Shown here: one piece after another, positions 1-9,862 of the stretch
Layout of the letters: the number at the start of each line of letters is the position of its first letter
Numbering within the stretch: position 1 is the stretch's first letter
IMG/VR virus record: IMGVR_UViG_3300020003_000011
Location: 1 to 24,150 of that record
Direction: 5' to 3' (one strand)
DNA length: 24,150 nucleotides
Source of the DNA: a virus
Lineage: Duplodnaviria; Caudoviricetes
Notes under the pieces: model-generated
What the model was told of the DNA's origin: nothing
Databases searched by the model: none
What the model saw: the letters and a program-made list of their open reading frames with translations, nothing else
Position numbers and translations under genes: made by a program

Positions 1-866
1 GTGGCGCCTATCATTACTTGTCCATCCGTTAAGGATGCGCTCCATGATGGTACGCCAGTAGAACTTGTGCGAATCATAGCGCCGTTAGATGTAGGCAGCC
101 CCGTTACTGTATTTGCAGCCGATGAATAAAGAATCTGATTAATGGTTGTAGTTACAGGCCATGTTGCTGTAGACCACGTGGGGGTAGCTAAACTTCCTGA
201 TTGGAGCATTTGCAACGCTGTGGATGTGCCGGCTAATATTTCCATTGAATTGGCATCAGTCCAAACAATTCCGCCTGCATTTGCAGTTAAGGCTTTGCTT
301 GATCCACCATTAGCAAGTGTTAATGGATTTGTTAAGGTTAATGATGAAAATGTTGGTGTACTTGTCGGTGCAATATCTTGAGGTGTCGTTAATGTAACAG
401 CTCCACTTTGCGGAATACCAAATGTTCCATTGGCAAGTACTTGATTTGCTGTACCTATAATATCATCAACTGTTGCGCCAGAAGTAAAGCTTAAATTTCC
501 AAATCCATCAGTTTTTATAACACTATCTGCAATACCATCAGAAGCTGGCCATATCAATTCATCTAATATTAACTGACCATTATTTTTTGGTTGAACAGAA
601 ACATCGATATCACCATCAATTCCCTCTGCTGTATATAAAACTGCTGTATTAGTAAGAGAATTAACCAAACGAGGATAATTTACCGCAGAGACACCAACCG
701 TTCCATAGCGAAAAAAATAATTTCCGCTTGCATCTTTAATTCCAGTGCCAGGAAAATCAAAGATATAATTTTTTGTTAAATCACTTGAGCGCAATCCAAC
801 TGGTTTATCACCAAATTGCATTTCACCACCAGGTTGGAATTGGTCAAACTTTAAATCGGTAGCCAT
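1..866 (-). CDS. Tail fibre-like protein (partial, runs off the left edge; absent from the ORF track)
   Basis: Translated by hand from ATG at 866: MATDLKFDQFQPGGEMQFGDKPVGLRSS...LTLTNPLTLANGGSSKALTANAGGIVW...TGVPSWS..., open to base 1. T/S/G/A-rich fibre-like motifs; AAGGAG RBS at about 873-878. Confidence 0.75.
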   Translation of the reverse strand, partial: MATDLKFDQFQPGGEMQFGDKPVGLRSSDLTKNYIFDFPGTGIKDASGNYFFRYGTVGVSAVNYPRLVNSLTNTAVLYTAEGIDGDIDVSVQPKNNGQLILDELIWPASDGIADSVIKTDGFGNLSFTSGATVDDIIGTANQVLANGTFGIPQSGAVTLTTPQDIAPTSTPTFSSLTLTNPLTLANGGSSKALTANAGGIVWTDANSMEILAGTSTALQMLQSGSLATPTWSTATWPVTTTINQILYSSAANTVTGLPTSNGAMIRTSSTGVPSWSASLTDGQVMIGA

Positions 867-881
867 CCTTGGCTCCTTAGT

Positions 882-1238
882 TTAGTTATTTGTTCCTAAA
901 GCATAAAGAACAACACTGACATCCGTGCCAGCCGTTGCTGTAATAAAATGCAGTACGTCACCTGCCTTTACTTCCCGACATAAACTTTTTGCATCTGTAA
1001 TTAACTCTGAAGTAGTTGCAGCAAATCCGGCACCCGCTGGAACTGCGGCAGTAGCATTTAATGCAACCCAAACTAATCCATTATTTTCAACTTTAATAAT
1101 AGCTTTATATCGGCCTGCATTGCCGGGTATAGTAAGTGCTGTGTCTGTAGTAGCTGCTAAACTAGCACTATATTTTAATTCAGAAAATCTTAGCCCGAAA
1201 TCATCTACGGGTTGTTGAGATATATAGGGCGCAACCAT
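882..1238 (-). CDS. Small virion-associated protein (118 aa), function unknown
   Basis: ORF with AAGGA RBS, A/T/V-rich beta-strand composition, between two tail genes. Confidence 0.6.
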   Translation of the reverse strand: MVAPYISQQPVDDFGLRFSELKYSASLAATTDTALTIPGNAGRYKAIIKVENNGLVWVALNATAAVPAGAGFAATTSELITDAKSLCREVKAGDVLHFITATAGTDVSVVLYALGTNN

Positions 1239-1258
1239 TATAAAATTCCTTTTAGTAA

Positions 1259-3430
1259 TTAAACAATTCCAAGCCTTGCATCGGCCACATAGTGAAATTC
1301 ATAATAACCTTGATTTGCTGGATCATAAGCAATACTTGTTATAGGCGTATTATTAATAGCACGTACTACAACTGAATAGACATTTTGATCGGTATCAACC
1401 CACCAAGTATTAAAATTAGCTAAAACAGGATTAGATGCGCCAATAGGGAGGCCAACAAATACACGAAATAAATTGGGCGTGCCTGATGTCGGCGCATAAA
1501 AAACCATTGTAGGAGCAACCCTTTTTACTGTCTTATAAGATATAGAAAATGTTTTTGCATATACACCATCAAAGCCAGTATCAAACAGCAGTGGCACATT
1601 TTGTATTAAATTTCCAGCAGGGGTAATTGTTCCAGGAGGAATTCCGTTCGCGTAAGTTTTTTCATAATAATATTGGCATTCACGCAATACTTGATCTAGT
1701 GTTTGTAACGCAGGACGCGTTGGAATATCGCCCGGTGTAACTGAAATGGAATTAATAATGATACTAGTACCAGCATCTGGATAATGAAAAGTTACTACTA
1801 CTGCTAATTTTTCAGTATCACTTAATTGTGCCGCATCTGTTATTTCCCATCCAGTAAATCCATAATCATTTTTTCCATCGTCTACACCTGCACTATCAAC
1901 AATGCTGCTCAAATTAACTTGTGGAGTATCTAATCCACTCCTTGGAATCAAGGTCCAATTAGCCGCCGTCAATGTAAATGTACCATCAGCAGATAAAGTA
2001 CCAATAGTTGTAGGAAGGGTGGGAACTAATGCAGCTAATGTTCCTCTGTAGAGATAAATTCTCATTGAGACATTATCGCCTGGTATTAATTTATATCCAT
2101 AGACATTTACTGATAAACGACTTCCTACTATTTCTTTTACTTGTTCGCCTGTTAGATAAGTGAGTATATAAAAAGCATCATTTGTTCCTGCTGTTCCGAA
2201 ACTTAATCCATGAGTTGAAACGTTTTCAGACCAAGCAACATTCCCTGTCGATCCTCTCGCAGCAATCGTTTGATCAACAACATAAGCAGCACTTGTTGAA
2301 AGATTACCTCCTAATCCAAACTGAAATGGATTAACTGTGAAATCCCATCCTGTCAATAAACTTGATATGCGTTTTGCATTATTTCGAGGAATATAATAAT
2401 CCCCCTGAAATGCTTCATTTCTATTCGATGAATCCATATCAAAATGAACTAAATCAATTGATTCACCTTGAGTAGGAACAACCTGAATAGAGCTAACACG
2501 GACATGACTGCTTGGAGTAAATGACAAGTAAATATCTATGTATCCATCGATACCACTATTAACATCATTAGATGCTGGAATCGGATCTTCAGTAGAGCCT
2601 GATAATACCTGATAATTTGATTGGAACGTACCATCAACAACGACTATTGGTGTGCCCCCGCTGGAAGGACTATAAAGCATTTGAATGCCCGTTGTTCCAA
2701 GCACTTCATTACGAACCAATAAACTTCCTGCAAGAAATATATTGTCATTTGCAGTGCTTGACCATAATCCTGAATTGAATAGAAAACGCTGTCTTAAATA
2801 GCAGGTAGTAATTCCCACAGACGTTAGAACATCTAAAACATATGGCGGGCTTGTAGGAACTTTATCATTTCCTGTAATGGCAATTCTTTGCACTGTAACT
2901 GTACCGGTTCCGCTTATGACAAAATCCCAGTTTGGCGCTAATTCAAATACCTGATTTGTAGCGGATGCTACAGTGAAAACTGTGGTTTTACCTTCATTAA
3001 TAAAAATGTTGGTAAATGTCGGATTAGAGATTTGATTATTCAATCCCATTTGATTTTTTGTCGGATCATTGGCATTCGTTACATTAGGCCAAGCTTCTCG
3101 AGTAAATTGCTCAATTCCACCTTGGTCAAAAACACGAACAAAATATAAATCAAGGTTTCCCTCTAAATCATAAGGATACCAGTAGATAACCTCATTATCT
3201 CCACCTGAATTTTGCACAGTTCCGACAGCACTTAATGTTATTTCAGCACCCATTGATGTATAGGTGTAGTTCGGCGGGGAACCTGATAATTGAAAAACTT
3301 CTTTGGGTGTTGTTCTTGCATTATCTTTAAAAAATTGAAGTTTTCCATTTGCCAATGGAAGGCCATCGTCTTTATCTCTAAATAAAGATTCTAGGTCGCT
3401 TGCGACTATATATCGTTCATCGAGTGCCAT
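1259..3430 (-). CDS. Tailspike/tail fibre protein with a P22-type N-terminal head-binding domain (723 aa)
   Basis: N-terminus FRDKDDGLPLANGKLQFF..TTPKEVF..ITLSAVG resembles podovirus tailspike particle-binding domains. C-terminal LRECQYYYEK and HYVADARL motifs are typical of fibres. Lies after the ejection genes, as in P22. Confidence 0.7.
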   Translation of the reverse strand: MALDERYIVASDLESLFRDKDDGLPLANGKLQFFKDNARTTPKEVFQLSGSPPNYTYTSMGAEITLSAVGTVQNSGGDNEVIYWYPYDLEGNLDLYFVRVFDQGGIEQFTREAWPNVTNANDPTKNQMGLNNQISNPTFTNIFINEGKTTVFTVASATNQVFELAPNWDFVISGTGTVTVQRIAITGNDKVPTSPPYVLDVLTSVGITTCYLRQRFLFNSGLWSSTANDNIFLAGSLLVRNEVLGTTGIQMLYSPSSGGTPIVVVDGTFQSNYQVLSGSTEDPIPASNDVNSGIDGYIDIYLSFTPSSHVRVSSIQVVPTQGESIDLVHFDMDSSNRNEAFQGDYYIPRNNAKRISSLLTGWDFTVNPFQFGLGGNLSTSAAYVVDQTIAARGSTGNVAWSENVSTHGLSFGTAGTNDAFYILTYLTGEQVKEIVGSRLSVNVYGYKLIPGDNVSMRIYLYRGTLAALVPTLPTTIGTLSADGTFTLTAANWTLIPRSGLDTPQVNLSSIVDSAGVDDGKNDYGFTGWEITDAAQLSDTEKLAVVVTFHYPDAGTSIIINSISVTPGDIPTRPALQTLDQVLRECQYYYEKTYANGIPPGTITPAGNLIQNVPLLFDTGFDGVYAKTFSISYKTVKRVAPTMVFYAPTSGTPNLFRVFVGLPIGASNPVLANFNTWWVDTDQNVYSVVVRAINNTPITSIAYDPANQGYYEFHYVADARLGIV

Positions 3431-5457
3431 TATTTTATTCCTTGACCTTGTTTTTCAATCATTCTATTAACAAGCCATTCACGAGCTTTAGGATTTGTCA
3501 TTAGCTTATTGAATCCTGCTGATCCTAAATAAGCTCCAGCAGCGGTATGTGGTGCCATTCCTGCTGCAACACCACCTAATAATAATTTGACATTTTTTGC
3601 ACCAGTTTGTGGGTTATACATTAAACTTAATGCTTTTTCGTTCATATTTCGTAAAGTTGAATAATTCTTTAATTTTTCTTGAAGTCCTTTATCTGGAAAT
3701 AATGCTTGAAATTGTCTATCACCTAGATTTTCTATTAATGATGCTAATTTCTTAGGTTTGACTCGTCCAAATTTATCAAGAGAACCCTTTAAATAATGAT
3801 GACCTAATAATTTAGATTCTTCTGGAGAAACTAAACTATTAATTTTTTCGATTGTCTTATATTCATCAAACTTTTTACTTGGTTTAACAATTTTAGCGAC
3901 CAAAATTTGAGCATCTTTTTTCTTTAAAATTTTGTCAATATCTTCATCTAAAAAAGGTACATAATTTTCTATGAAGTTTTTATTAGCTTTTTCATGAGCA
4001 TTTTTTAATTCTGGAGAACCTTTGTTCTCTATTGAACTTTCAATATCATTACGTAATGTTTTTGAAAGTTGTTTATACAATCCGCCTGCCGCTTTATCAC
4101 TTGAATTAGTTGATTTTAATAATTGACCACCTTTTTCATCTAAATCACGAGCCAGCATAGTTGATTCTGTTATTGTGGGCGAAACAATAATTCCTTTTCT
4201 CATTAATTCGTCATTGGCTAATTGTTTAGGCTTCCCCTGAGAAACCATATCAGAACCTTTTTCTATTCCGCTAACTTTATTGAATAAGCTTTTAAATACA
4301 GGATTGATTTTATAAAAAGCTGATCCTTTAATACCTATTTTTAACTCTGATGCTAATTTATTAAAATTTGTTAAATCAGGCATAAACAATTCTTTATCAG
4401 CAATTTGATTTCTTTCAGTATAAATATCATTTTTAATCTGTCTATTTTTATAAAACGCATCTGTTAATGCTTTCTTTAGAGCATAATTGTTATCACCTTG
4501 TATTCCTTCAGGTTCAGTTTTATCAATTATATTTGATCCTTCTTCTTTAATTTGATTTTTAATTTTACCTAGTGTTGTATCAGCACCGCTAAAAGGTACT
4601 TCACTTGTGACATTTTCAAATAATGTATTAAGTGTGGGTGACTCTATAATACGACCCAAAGGCGTATTTGTTCCTTGTGCTGCTTTTAAATTAGCCTTTA
4701 ATTCTTCTGGAGAAAGATGTCCTTTGAATAAATTAGCAGGATCTAATGACTTTATTCCTTTTGCGCCTCCTCGAACTGTGCCTTCTCCAATTAATGTCAT
4801 TAAGGCTGCTTTCAATGGATCTTGATTTTGTCCTGTAGCATATACAGACGTGGCTCCAGAACGCTTAGCAAGTCCTTCTAGTCCTTTTGCAGCGCCTCCA
4901 ATCTTTGCATAAGGCAAAAGACTACCAAGTGCTCTTAGTTCTTCATCACCCGGCTTAGGCGCACCTAATAATGATTCTTCTAAACCAGATTCAGGAATTC
5001 TTAATTTTTTAATTAAATCTAATGGATTTTCTTTTAGTATAGAGGCTAATGATCCCTGTGGAAGTTTATTACCAATGCCTTTAGAGGATAAATAACCTGA
5101 AATATTTGCTGGTATATTAGCAAAACCTTCTAATCCCTTTCTGACGCCACCTCCTACATTAATAATAGGTCTAAGCATGTCGGATGGATCAGTTATTTGT
5201 TTGGCTACATTTAAAGCATGAGATGGTAAGTTAATCAATGAACTGACTAAATCAGAAGGTAAAGAACTTAATGTCGATTCAACGTCCTCTCCTATACCGC
5301 CCCATCCCTGTTTTGTTTTAGACACATCAGTATCTGATTTATTAACATTAGGAAAATTTTTATAAATAGCAGTTTTTACTTGATCATCAGACCAATTATC
5401 AGGATGTGACATAGCTTGTAACGAACCATCAGGCATACGAACTTGAATGGTAGCCAT
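3430..5457 (-). CDS. Putative DNA ejection (internal virion) protein, P22 gp16 position (675 aa)
   Basis: Large helical K/G/A-rich ORF, N-terminal VRMPDG..HPDNWSDDQV motif, Gly/Ala hydrophobic segments, third of three genes after the tail hub. TAATG coupling at both ends. Confidence 0.6.
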   Translation of the reverse strand: MATIQVRMPDGSLQAMSHPDNWSDDQVKTAIYKNFPNVNKSDTDVSKTKQGWGGIGEDVESTLSSLPSDLVSSLINLPSHALNVAKQITDPSDMLRPIINVGGGVRKGLEGFANIPANISGYLSSKGIGNKLPQGSLASILKENPLDLIKKLRIPESGLEESLLGAPKPGDEELRALGSLLPYAKIGGAAKGLEGLAKRSGATSVYATGQNQDPLKAALMTLIGEGTVRGGAKGIKSLDPANLFKGHLSPEELKANLKAAQGTNTPLGRIIESPTLNTLFENVTSEVPFSGADTTLGKIKNQIKEEGSNIIDKTEPEGIQGDNNYALKKALTDAFYKNRQIKNDIYTERNQIADKELFMPDLTNFNKLASELKIGIKGSAFYKINPVFKSLFNKVSGIEKGSDMVSQGKPKQLANDELMRKGIIVSPTITESTMLARDLDEKGGQLLKSTNSSDKAAGGLYKQLSKTLRNDIESSIENKGSPELKNAHEKANKNFIENYVPFLDEDIDKILKKKDAQILVAKIVKPSKKFDEYKTIEKINSLVSPEESKLLGHHYLKGSLDKFGRVKPKKLASLIENLGDRQFQALFPDKGLQEKLKNYSTLRNMNEKALSLMYNPQTGAKNVKLLLGGVAAGMAPHTAAGAYLGSAGFNKLMTNPKAREWLVNRMIEKQGQGIK

Positions 5458-6533
5458 TATTCAAATTCTCCTGTGCCTAAATTAAAGACCCTTCCTGATT
5501 TCTGAGATACATCAGAATCAGATTTTTGTTGATATTCTTCTGGTGATCTTAATGCTGATTTATATGTACCTGTTTCATTCTTCAATGTTTTAATGAATGA
5601 TTTATAATTTTCTAATGCAACTTTAGGGTTATTCTGCCAAGTTGCTGGGTTTGTTAGTTCTGCTAGTTTTTCTTGAACAGAAGGTTGAATTGAATCGCCA
5701 TAAAATTGACGAACTTGTTTTGCTAAAATAATAGAATTTGTTAATGCTTTTTGATAATTAACATATCTATCAGGTGCTTTACCTAATGCACTAGAGAATT
5801 GATCGGCTTTTAATTTTGTCTGTCCAGATAAACCACCATATTGAACCAAATGATCTGGATTAATTAAATTAATTGTTTTATCTATATTTGACGCAAATAA
5901 GCTTCTGTTTCTCGTTTGAGCATCAGAAATTGCTTTTTGTTTATTTAAATAAAGCTCATTTAACCTCTGCTCCTGATCTTTCGGATCAAGAGTTTGCTTT
6001 CTTCCAGTTCCCGGAACAAAACCTGCTTTTACATCTTCCATTTCTTGATCAATTTTTGCAACGGGTGTTGAAACTCTTTTATCTGCGGTACTTGTTAATT
6101 CAGTTCTATAAGCATTTAAGGCTTGTGTTTTACTGATATCTGAATCATACGCTTGTTTTGCATAACTATATTGAGGGCTCTTTTCACCATATTGTTGTCT
6201 TATTCGATCTAACCACATCGCTTGCCCTATAGAACCTGGCGCTATTTGACCGCCAAATGGCATTGATGCTTCACGTTGTAATTTTCCAATATTAGCTTGA
6301 TCGAGAGCACGTGCTACTTCAGCAGTTTTCATTTCCGAGCCAAACTTTTGTGGCTCTTGTTGGACTAAAAGAGATTGCATAGCATTTGCTAATTGTTCCT
6401 TTTGTTTTTGCCTTTCAAGCTCGGCTGGTAATTGACCTGCTTTATATCCAGTCGCTAAATTATCGACAATATCACGTACCCAAGGAATACCTTGCGGTTC
6501 AATAGTTGCATAATTAACTGGTTGAAATGGCAT
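5457..6533 (-). CDS. Putative DNA ejection protein, P22 gp20 position (358 aa)
   Basis: Q/A/K-rich helical ORF between the gp7-like and gp16-like genes; called by synteny. Confidence 0.55.
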   Translation of the reverse strand: MPFQPVNYATIEPQGIPWVRDIVDNLATGYKAGQLPAELERQKQKEQLANAMQSLLVQQEPQKFGSEMKTAEVARALDQANIGKLQREASMPFGGQIAPGSIGQAMWLDRIRQQYGEKSPQYSYAKQAYDSDISKTQALNAYRTELTSTADKRVSTPVAKIDQEMEDVKAGFVPGTGRKQTLDPKDQEQRLNELYLNKQKAISDAQTRNRSLFASNIDKTINLINPDHLVQYGGLSGQTKLKADQFSSALGKAPDRYVNYQKALTNSIILAKQVRQFYGDSIQPSVQEKLAELTNPATWQNNPKVALENYKSFIKTLKNETGTYKSALRSPEEYQQKSDSDVSQKSGRVFNLGTGEFE

Positions 6534-6543
6534 GTTCTATTCC

Positions 6544-7170
6544 TTAGAAAAACTTACTTGCAGCAGTAGCGCCAGCAGGGCCCCCAAAATAGAAACCTGC
6601 TCCACCTGCGCCCATCTTCATTAATGAAGATAGCATATCGCTTCTGGATTTGTTTTGATTTGCCTGCCCCTGAAATGCAAGGCTTCCCTGCGTTCCATAA
6701 ACATTAGACAAATCACTGGTTAAACTTTTAGATGCATCATAACCTGTATCGTATAGGTGTCTTTCGCCTTCCAAACCGGTATCTTGAATGCCTAAAACAT
6801 TCTTTAACCATTGCTGCATATCGTCACCCATTAATGAATCACTAATATGTGCCTCATTAGATATATCATCCATACTGCCACGCATACCACCTGCTGCTGC
6901 TGTATTTCCCGCGGCTTTATTCATTTCATCACGCTTTAATTGAAAACTTTTTGAGGGCGCATACTTTGACATGATTTGCTCAAGAAAGCCGGCTGGATCA
7001 GAAGACATGGAGTTATAGATAGGATTAAATCGGTCATATGCCGAATTACCACGTTGGATATATGGATTATAATTTTCTTTTTCCATCCCGGGTATTTTAT
7101 TATAATAAGGCATCGCAGCATCTGCTGGATTAGTATCATTGCCTCCAAAAAAATCATCAAAAATGCCCAT
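6544..7170 (-). CDS. DNA ejection/pilot protein, P22 gp7-like (208 aa)
   Basis: MGIFDDFFGG start, NPYIQRG, AAGNTAAAGGMRGS and Gly/Ala-rich C-terminus are characteristic of gp7-type pilot proteins. Confidence 0.65.
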   Translation of the reverse strand: MGIFDDFFGGNDTNPADAAMPYYNKIPGMEKENYNPYIQRGNSAYDRFNPIYNSMSSDPAGFLEQIMSKYAPSKSFQLKRDEMNKAAGNTAAAGGMRGSMDDISNEAHISDSLMGDDMQQWLKNVLGIQDTGLEGERHLYDTGYDASKSLTSDLSNVYGTQGSLAFQGQANQNKSRSDMLSSLMKMGAGGAGFYFGGPAGATAASKFF

Positions 7171-7182
7171 GCTCTTATTCCT

Positions 7183-7533
7183 TTAAGTGCTGGTAATTGT
7201 TTCAATTACACCTGAATCTGTCTTGAATTGTAATTTTTTTAAATTATTGTTAAACCACATTGTACCATTATTTACATTAGGTTCTATGGCTATAATTTGT
7301 GCCGTAGTGTAAGAAGGTGGATTGATTCCTAATAAAGCAGGAGAATTAATTCCAACCGCCTGTAAAGCTGTTATATCGGCTAACAATGTATTAACAAAGT
7401 CATTAAAAAATGTGACTAAATTGTTCAATACCTGAAAGGTTTGATCATTGTATAAATGACTATCAGGCGTTAATTTTCCTTCCTTATCCGTATAAGGCAT
7501 ATCAAAAAATGCAGGCAATGAGGGAAGGGTCAT
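7183..7533 (-). CDS. Small tail-associated protein (116 aa)
   Basis: Coupled (TAATG) to the gp10-like gene; C-terminal NGTMWFNNNLKKLQ resembles short fibre/needle motifs. Confidence 0.5.
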   Translation of the reverse strand: MTLPSLPAFFDMPYTDKEGKLTPDSHLYNDQTFQVLNNLVTFFNDFVNTLLADITALQAVGINSPALLGINPPSYTTAQIIAIEPNVNNGTMWFNNNLKKLQFKTDSGVIETITST

Positions 7534-9095
7534 TAATAAACCTCCAGAATGCCATTGCTACATACAAAACGCTGGAATCCCCAAAACCTTAATTGGACTG
7601 TAAATTCATTAGCACGCCCTAATTTTCGCCATCTTATTTGATTTCTAAAATTTCCGGCAGGATTTAAATCTCTCCCTACTACATTGCTAAATGATTGGTT
7701 TCCATTCTTTGAAAATGACATATCAACGCGAGGAATATTGTTATTAACTGTAAAATCGCCCTGTTGGGTTAACATATGTCCACCTTGTTGCGTTAAAACG
7801 AATCCACCATCTTGCGTTAAGATAAATCCATTTTCAGGACTTGATAGAAAGAATTTATTGACACCTTGCTCTATCCAAAAAGTAAACATTCGGGCTCTAA
7901 AGATAGAAGAATCTTCTTTTCTGATAGATTTACAAATTCTTATACGTGGTATTTCTTGACCTAAAGAAGTTATATCTGTGCTGTAATCATACGAGATGAA
8001 TGTCGAATTCATTTCATATATACTTGCATCATTGATAGAAATGAAATAAGTTTTTTCATTAAAATAAACAACATCTCGTGCAGGATGATAATTCATCTTA
8101 TCATCACGAATATCAAAAAAAAGTTCTGTATTAAAGTCATAAACCAACGTTAAATTATCTGATGCATGATAAAAAGTTAATTGACCGTCTTGTCGATAAA
8201 AGAAGGCAGTAGATTGCTCAGGGTGCTTAATCGTTGACAGGAGAAAATCGATACCGTCTGTAGATATTCTTTTAGTTGAACTTCCATCAGTTATCATAAT
8301 AGACGGTGAGTTATTTTCATTTTGTGATAACCAACAAATAAGTTCTTCACTTGCCGCAATGGTTGATACCGATACCGTACCACTATCAATATTAAATGAT
8401 TGAACACGTCTATAATTTTCAGCACCGCCTACTTGTGTCCACACTTCTCCGACTGTTGATCCTAATACAAGAACATTATTTCCTTTGCCCGGCAAACGAT
8501 TAATAGCCAATGCAAAATCTGACTTTGTTTGAATGCTTAATTGTTTATTTAATTTAATAGTAGAATCGGTATCTCTTTCAAAGACATACCAATTCTGAGA
8601 ATTTTGACTTAACTTCGATGAACCTATTAAAAAGAATGAATTATGATAACATACGCAGCTAGGAATAATTGGCTGCGCTAAAAAAGTTAATGTCTGCTTA
8701 GTAAATGTGCCAGTCAAATAATTATAAATATAAGCACTTTCCCCATCAACAATACAAATTTGATTTGCAAGATTTTCGGCAATAAATACATCGCCTGTCG
8801 TTGTATTTATTTGTCCTATAAAGATAGGTGCCAAATTAGCGTTTAACTTATAAACTGTTGATGACTCAATCGCTAGAATGAAATTTCCACGAACGGATTT
8901 GAAAAGAGCGCGTCCTTGACCCATAGGTAGAAGATTAAGGCGTTTTTTAAAACCTGCATAATTAACAAGCCAACCATCTGAAATGAACATATTATAGGTT
9001 CTTTCAGCACTTATTTTAGGATAACGGCCAAATACACTAGAGCCAACGACATTGACTGGTGCGGGTTCTACATTTTGTCGTGCACTCATAGCCAT
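7533..9095 (-). CDS. Tail hub / DNA stabilisation protein, P22 gp10-like (520 aa)
   Basis: Beta-propeller-like sequence with LVLGSTVGEVW, KRISTDGID, LTLVYDFNTE and SKNGNQSFS..WRKLG motifs; follows the gp4-like gene. Confidence 0.8.
   Translation of the reverse strand: MAMSARQNVEPAPVNVVGSSVFGRYPKISAERTYNMFISDGWLVNYAGFKKRLNLLPMGQGRALFKSVRGNFILAIESSTVYKLNANLAPIFIGQINTTTGDVFIAENLANQICIVDGESAYIYNYLTGTFTKQTLTFLAQPIIPSCVCYHNSFFLIGSSKLSQNSQNWYVFERDTDSTIKLNKQLSIQTKSDFALAINRLPGKGNNVLVLGSTVGEVWTQVGGAENYRRVQSFNIDSGTVSVSTIAASEELICWLSQNENNSPSIMITDGSSTKRISTDGIDFLLSTIKHPEQSTAFFYRQDGQLTFYHASDNLTLVYDFNTELFFDIRDDKMNYHPARDVVYFNEKTYFISINDASIYEMNSTFISYDYSTDITSLGQEIPRIRICKSIRKEDSSIFRARMFTFWIEQGVNKFFLSSPENGFILTQDGGFVLTQQGGHMLTQQGDFTVNNNIPRVDMSFSKNGNQSFSNVVGRDLNPAGNFRNQIRWRKLGRANEFTVQLRFWGFQRFVCSNGILEVY
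7757..7828 (-). repeat. Three degenerate 24-bp (8-aa) tandem repeats inside the gp10-like gene
   Basis: Encodes GFILTQDG / GFVLTQQG / GHMLTQQG. Confidence 0.85.
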
Positions 9096-9121
9096 CTATA
9101 AAATCCATTTTAAAGATACTT

Positions 9122-9832
9122 TTATCCGGGTTTTTTCCATCCTTTTGCAAGGTTAATGAACCCGTAATTCAATCCTCCACGTTTTTGCAAGGTAGAGGTT
9201 TTATTTATCATTAAATCAAGAGTCCTTGATTTTTTGTTAATCCATGATTCATATTTACTAAGCTGTCTCATTACATTTAATGGTGTTTCCAGTTCATATT
9301 CAGAACAAATTCGATCAGATAAAGCATAGCGCAAATAAGTCAAATAAAATTGATCAATAGTAAGACTTAAATCTTGACCCAAGATGACCGTATCTAATCT
9401 AAAAACTCCATGAATTTCCATTGGATAAGTTCTATCCGGTTTAAAATAAATATGAAGATTTCCGCCGCCAAATTGTCTTTCCCAATACCATTCAAAAGGA
9501 AGTGTTCTTATATTTTCAACACGGCTTGATCCAAAAAATTGATTTCGCTTAGTGTATTTCATGGCATAACGCACTTGATCCAGGAAGAATACTAACGTAT
9601 CGATCTGGGTCAAGTTTTGAATAGGGTAGACTTCCTGTCCTGTTACGAAATTAGCCGTATAGGTACTCTCGTAAGGTATCATTCCTTGATCAACATCTTT
9701 TTCAGTCAAAATATCATTTAACCACAAAAGACCATCTGATATTTGACCTCCGCTGACTGTTTCAAATTCACGTGATACGACGCCAGAGGAATAATACGAT
9801 CCTGTAATAAGCTCTGTCGTCATATACGTCAT
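9122..9832 (-). CDS. Head-to-tail adaptor, P22 gp4-like (236 aa)
   Basis: MTTELITGSY..GVV...ISDGLLWLNDIL N-terminus and YLRYALSDRICSEY C-terminus; upstream of the gp10-like gene. Confidence 0.75.
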   Translation of the reverse strand: MTYMTTELITGSYYSSGVVSREFETVSGGQISDGLLWLNDILTEKDVDQGMIPYESTYTANFVTGQEVYPIQNLTQIDTLVFFLDQVRYAMKYTKRNQFFGSSRVENIRTLPFEWYWERQFGGGNLHIYFKPDRTYPMEIHGVFRLDTVILGQDLSLTIDQFYLTYLRYALSDRICSEYELETPLNVMRQLSKYESWINKKSRTLDLMINKTSTLQKRGGLNYGFINLAKGWKKPG

Positions 9833-9862
9833 TATCTTTACCTTTAAGGAAAGATTTATAAA

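Noticed and set aside
1259-1700. Tailspike C-terminus as a diversity-generating retroelement target
   Set aside because: No reverse transcriptase and no second near-identical template copy noticed in the window.
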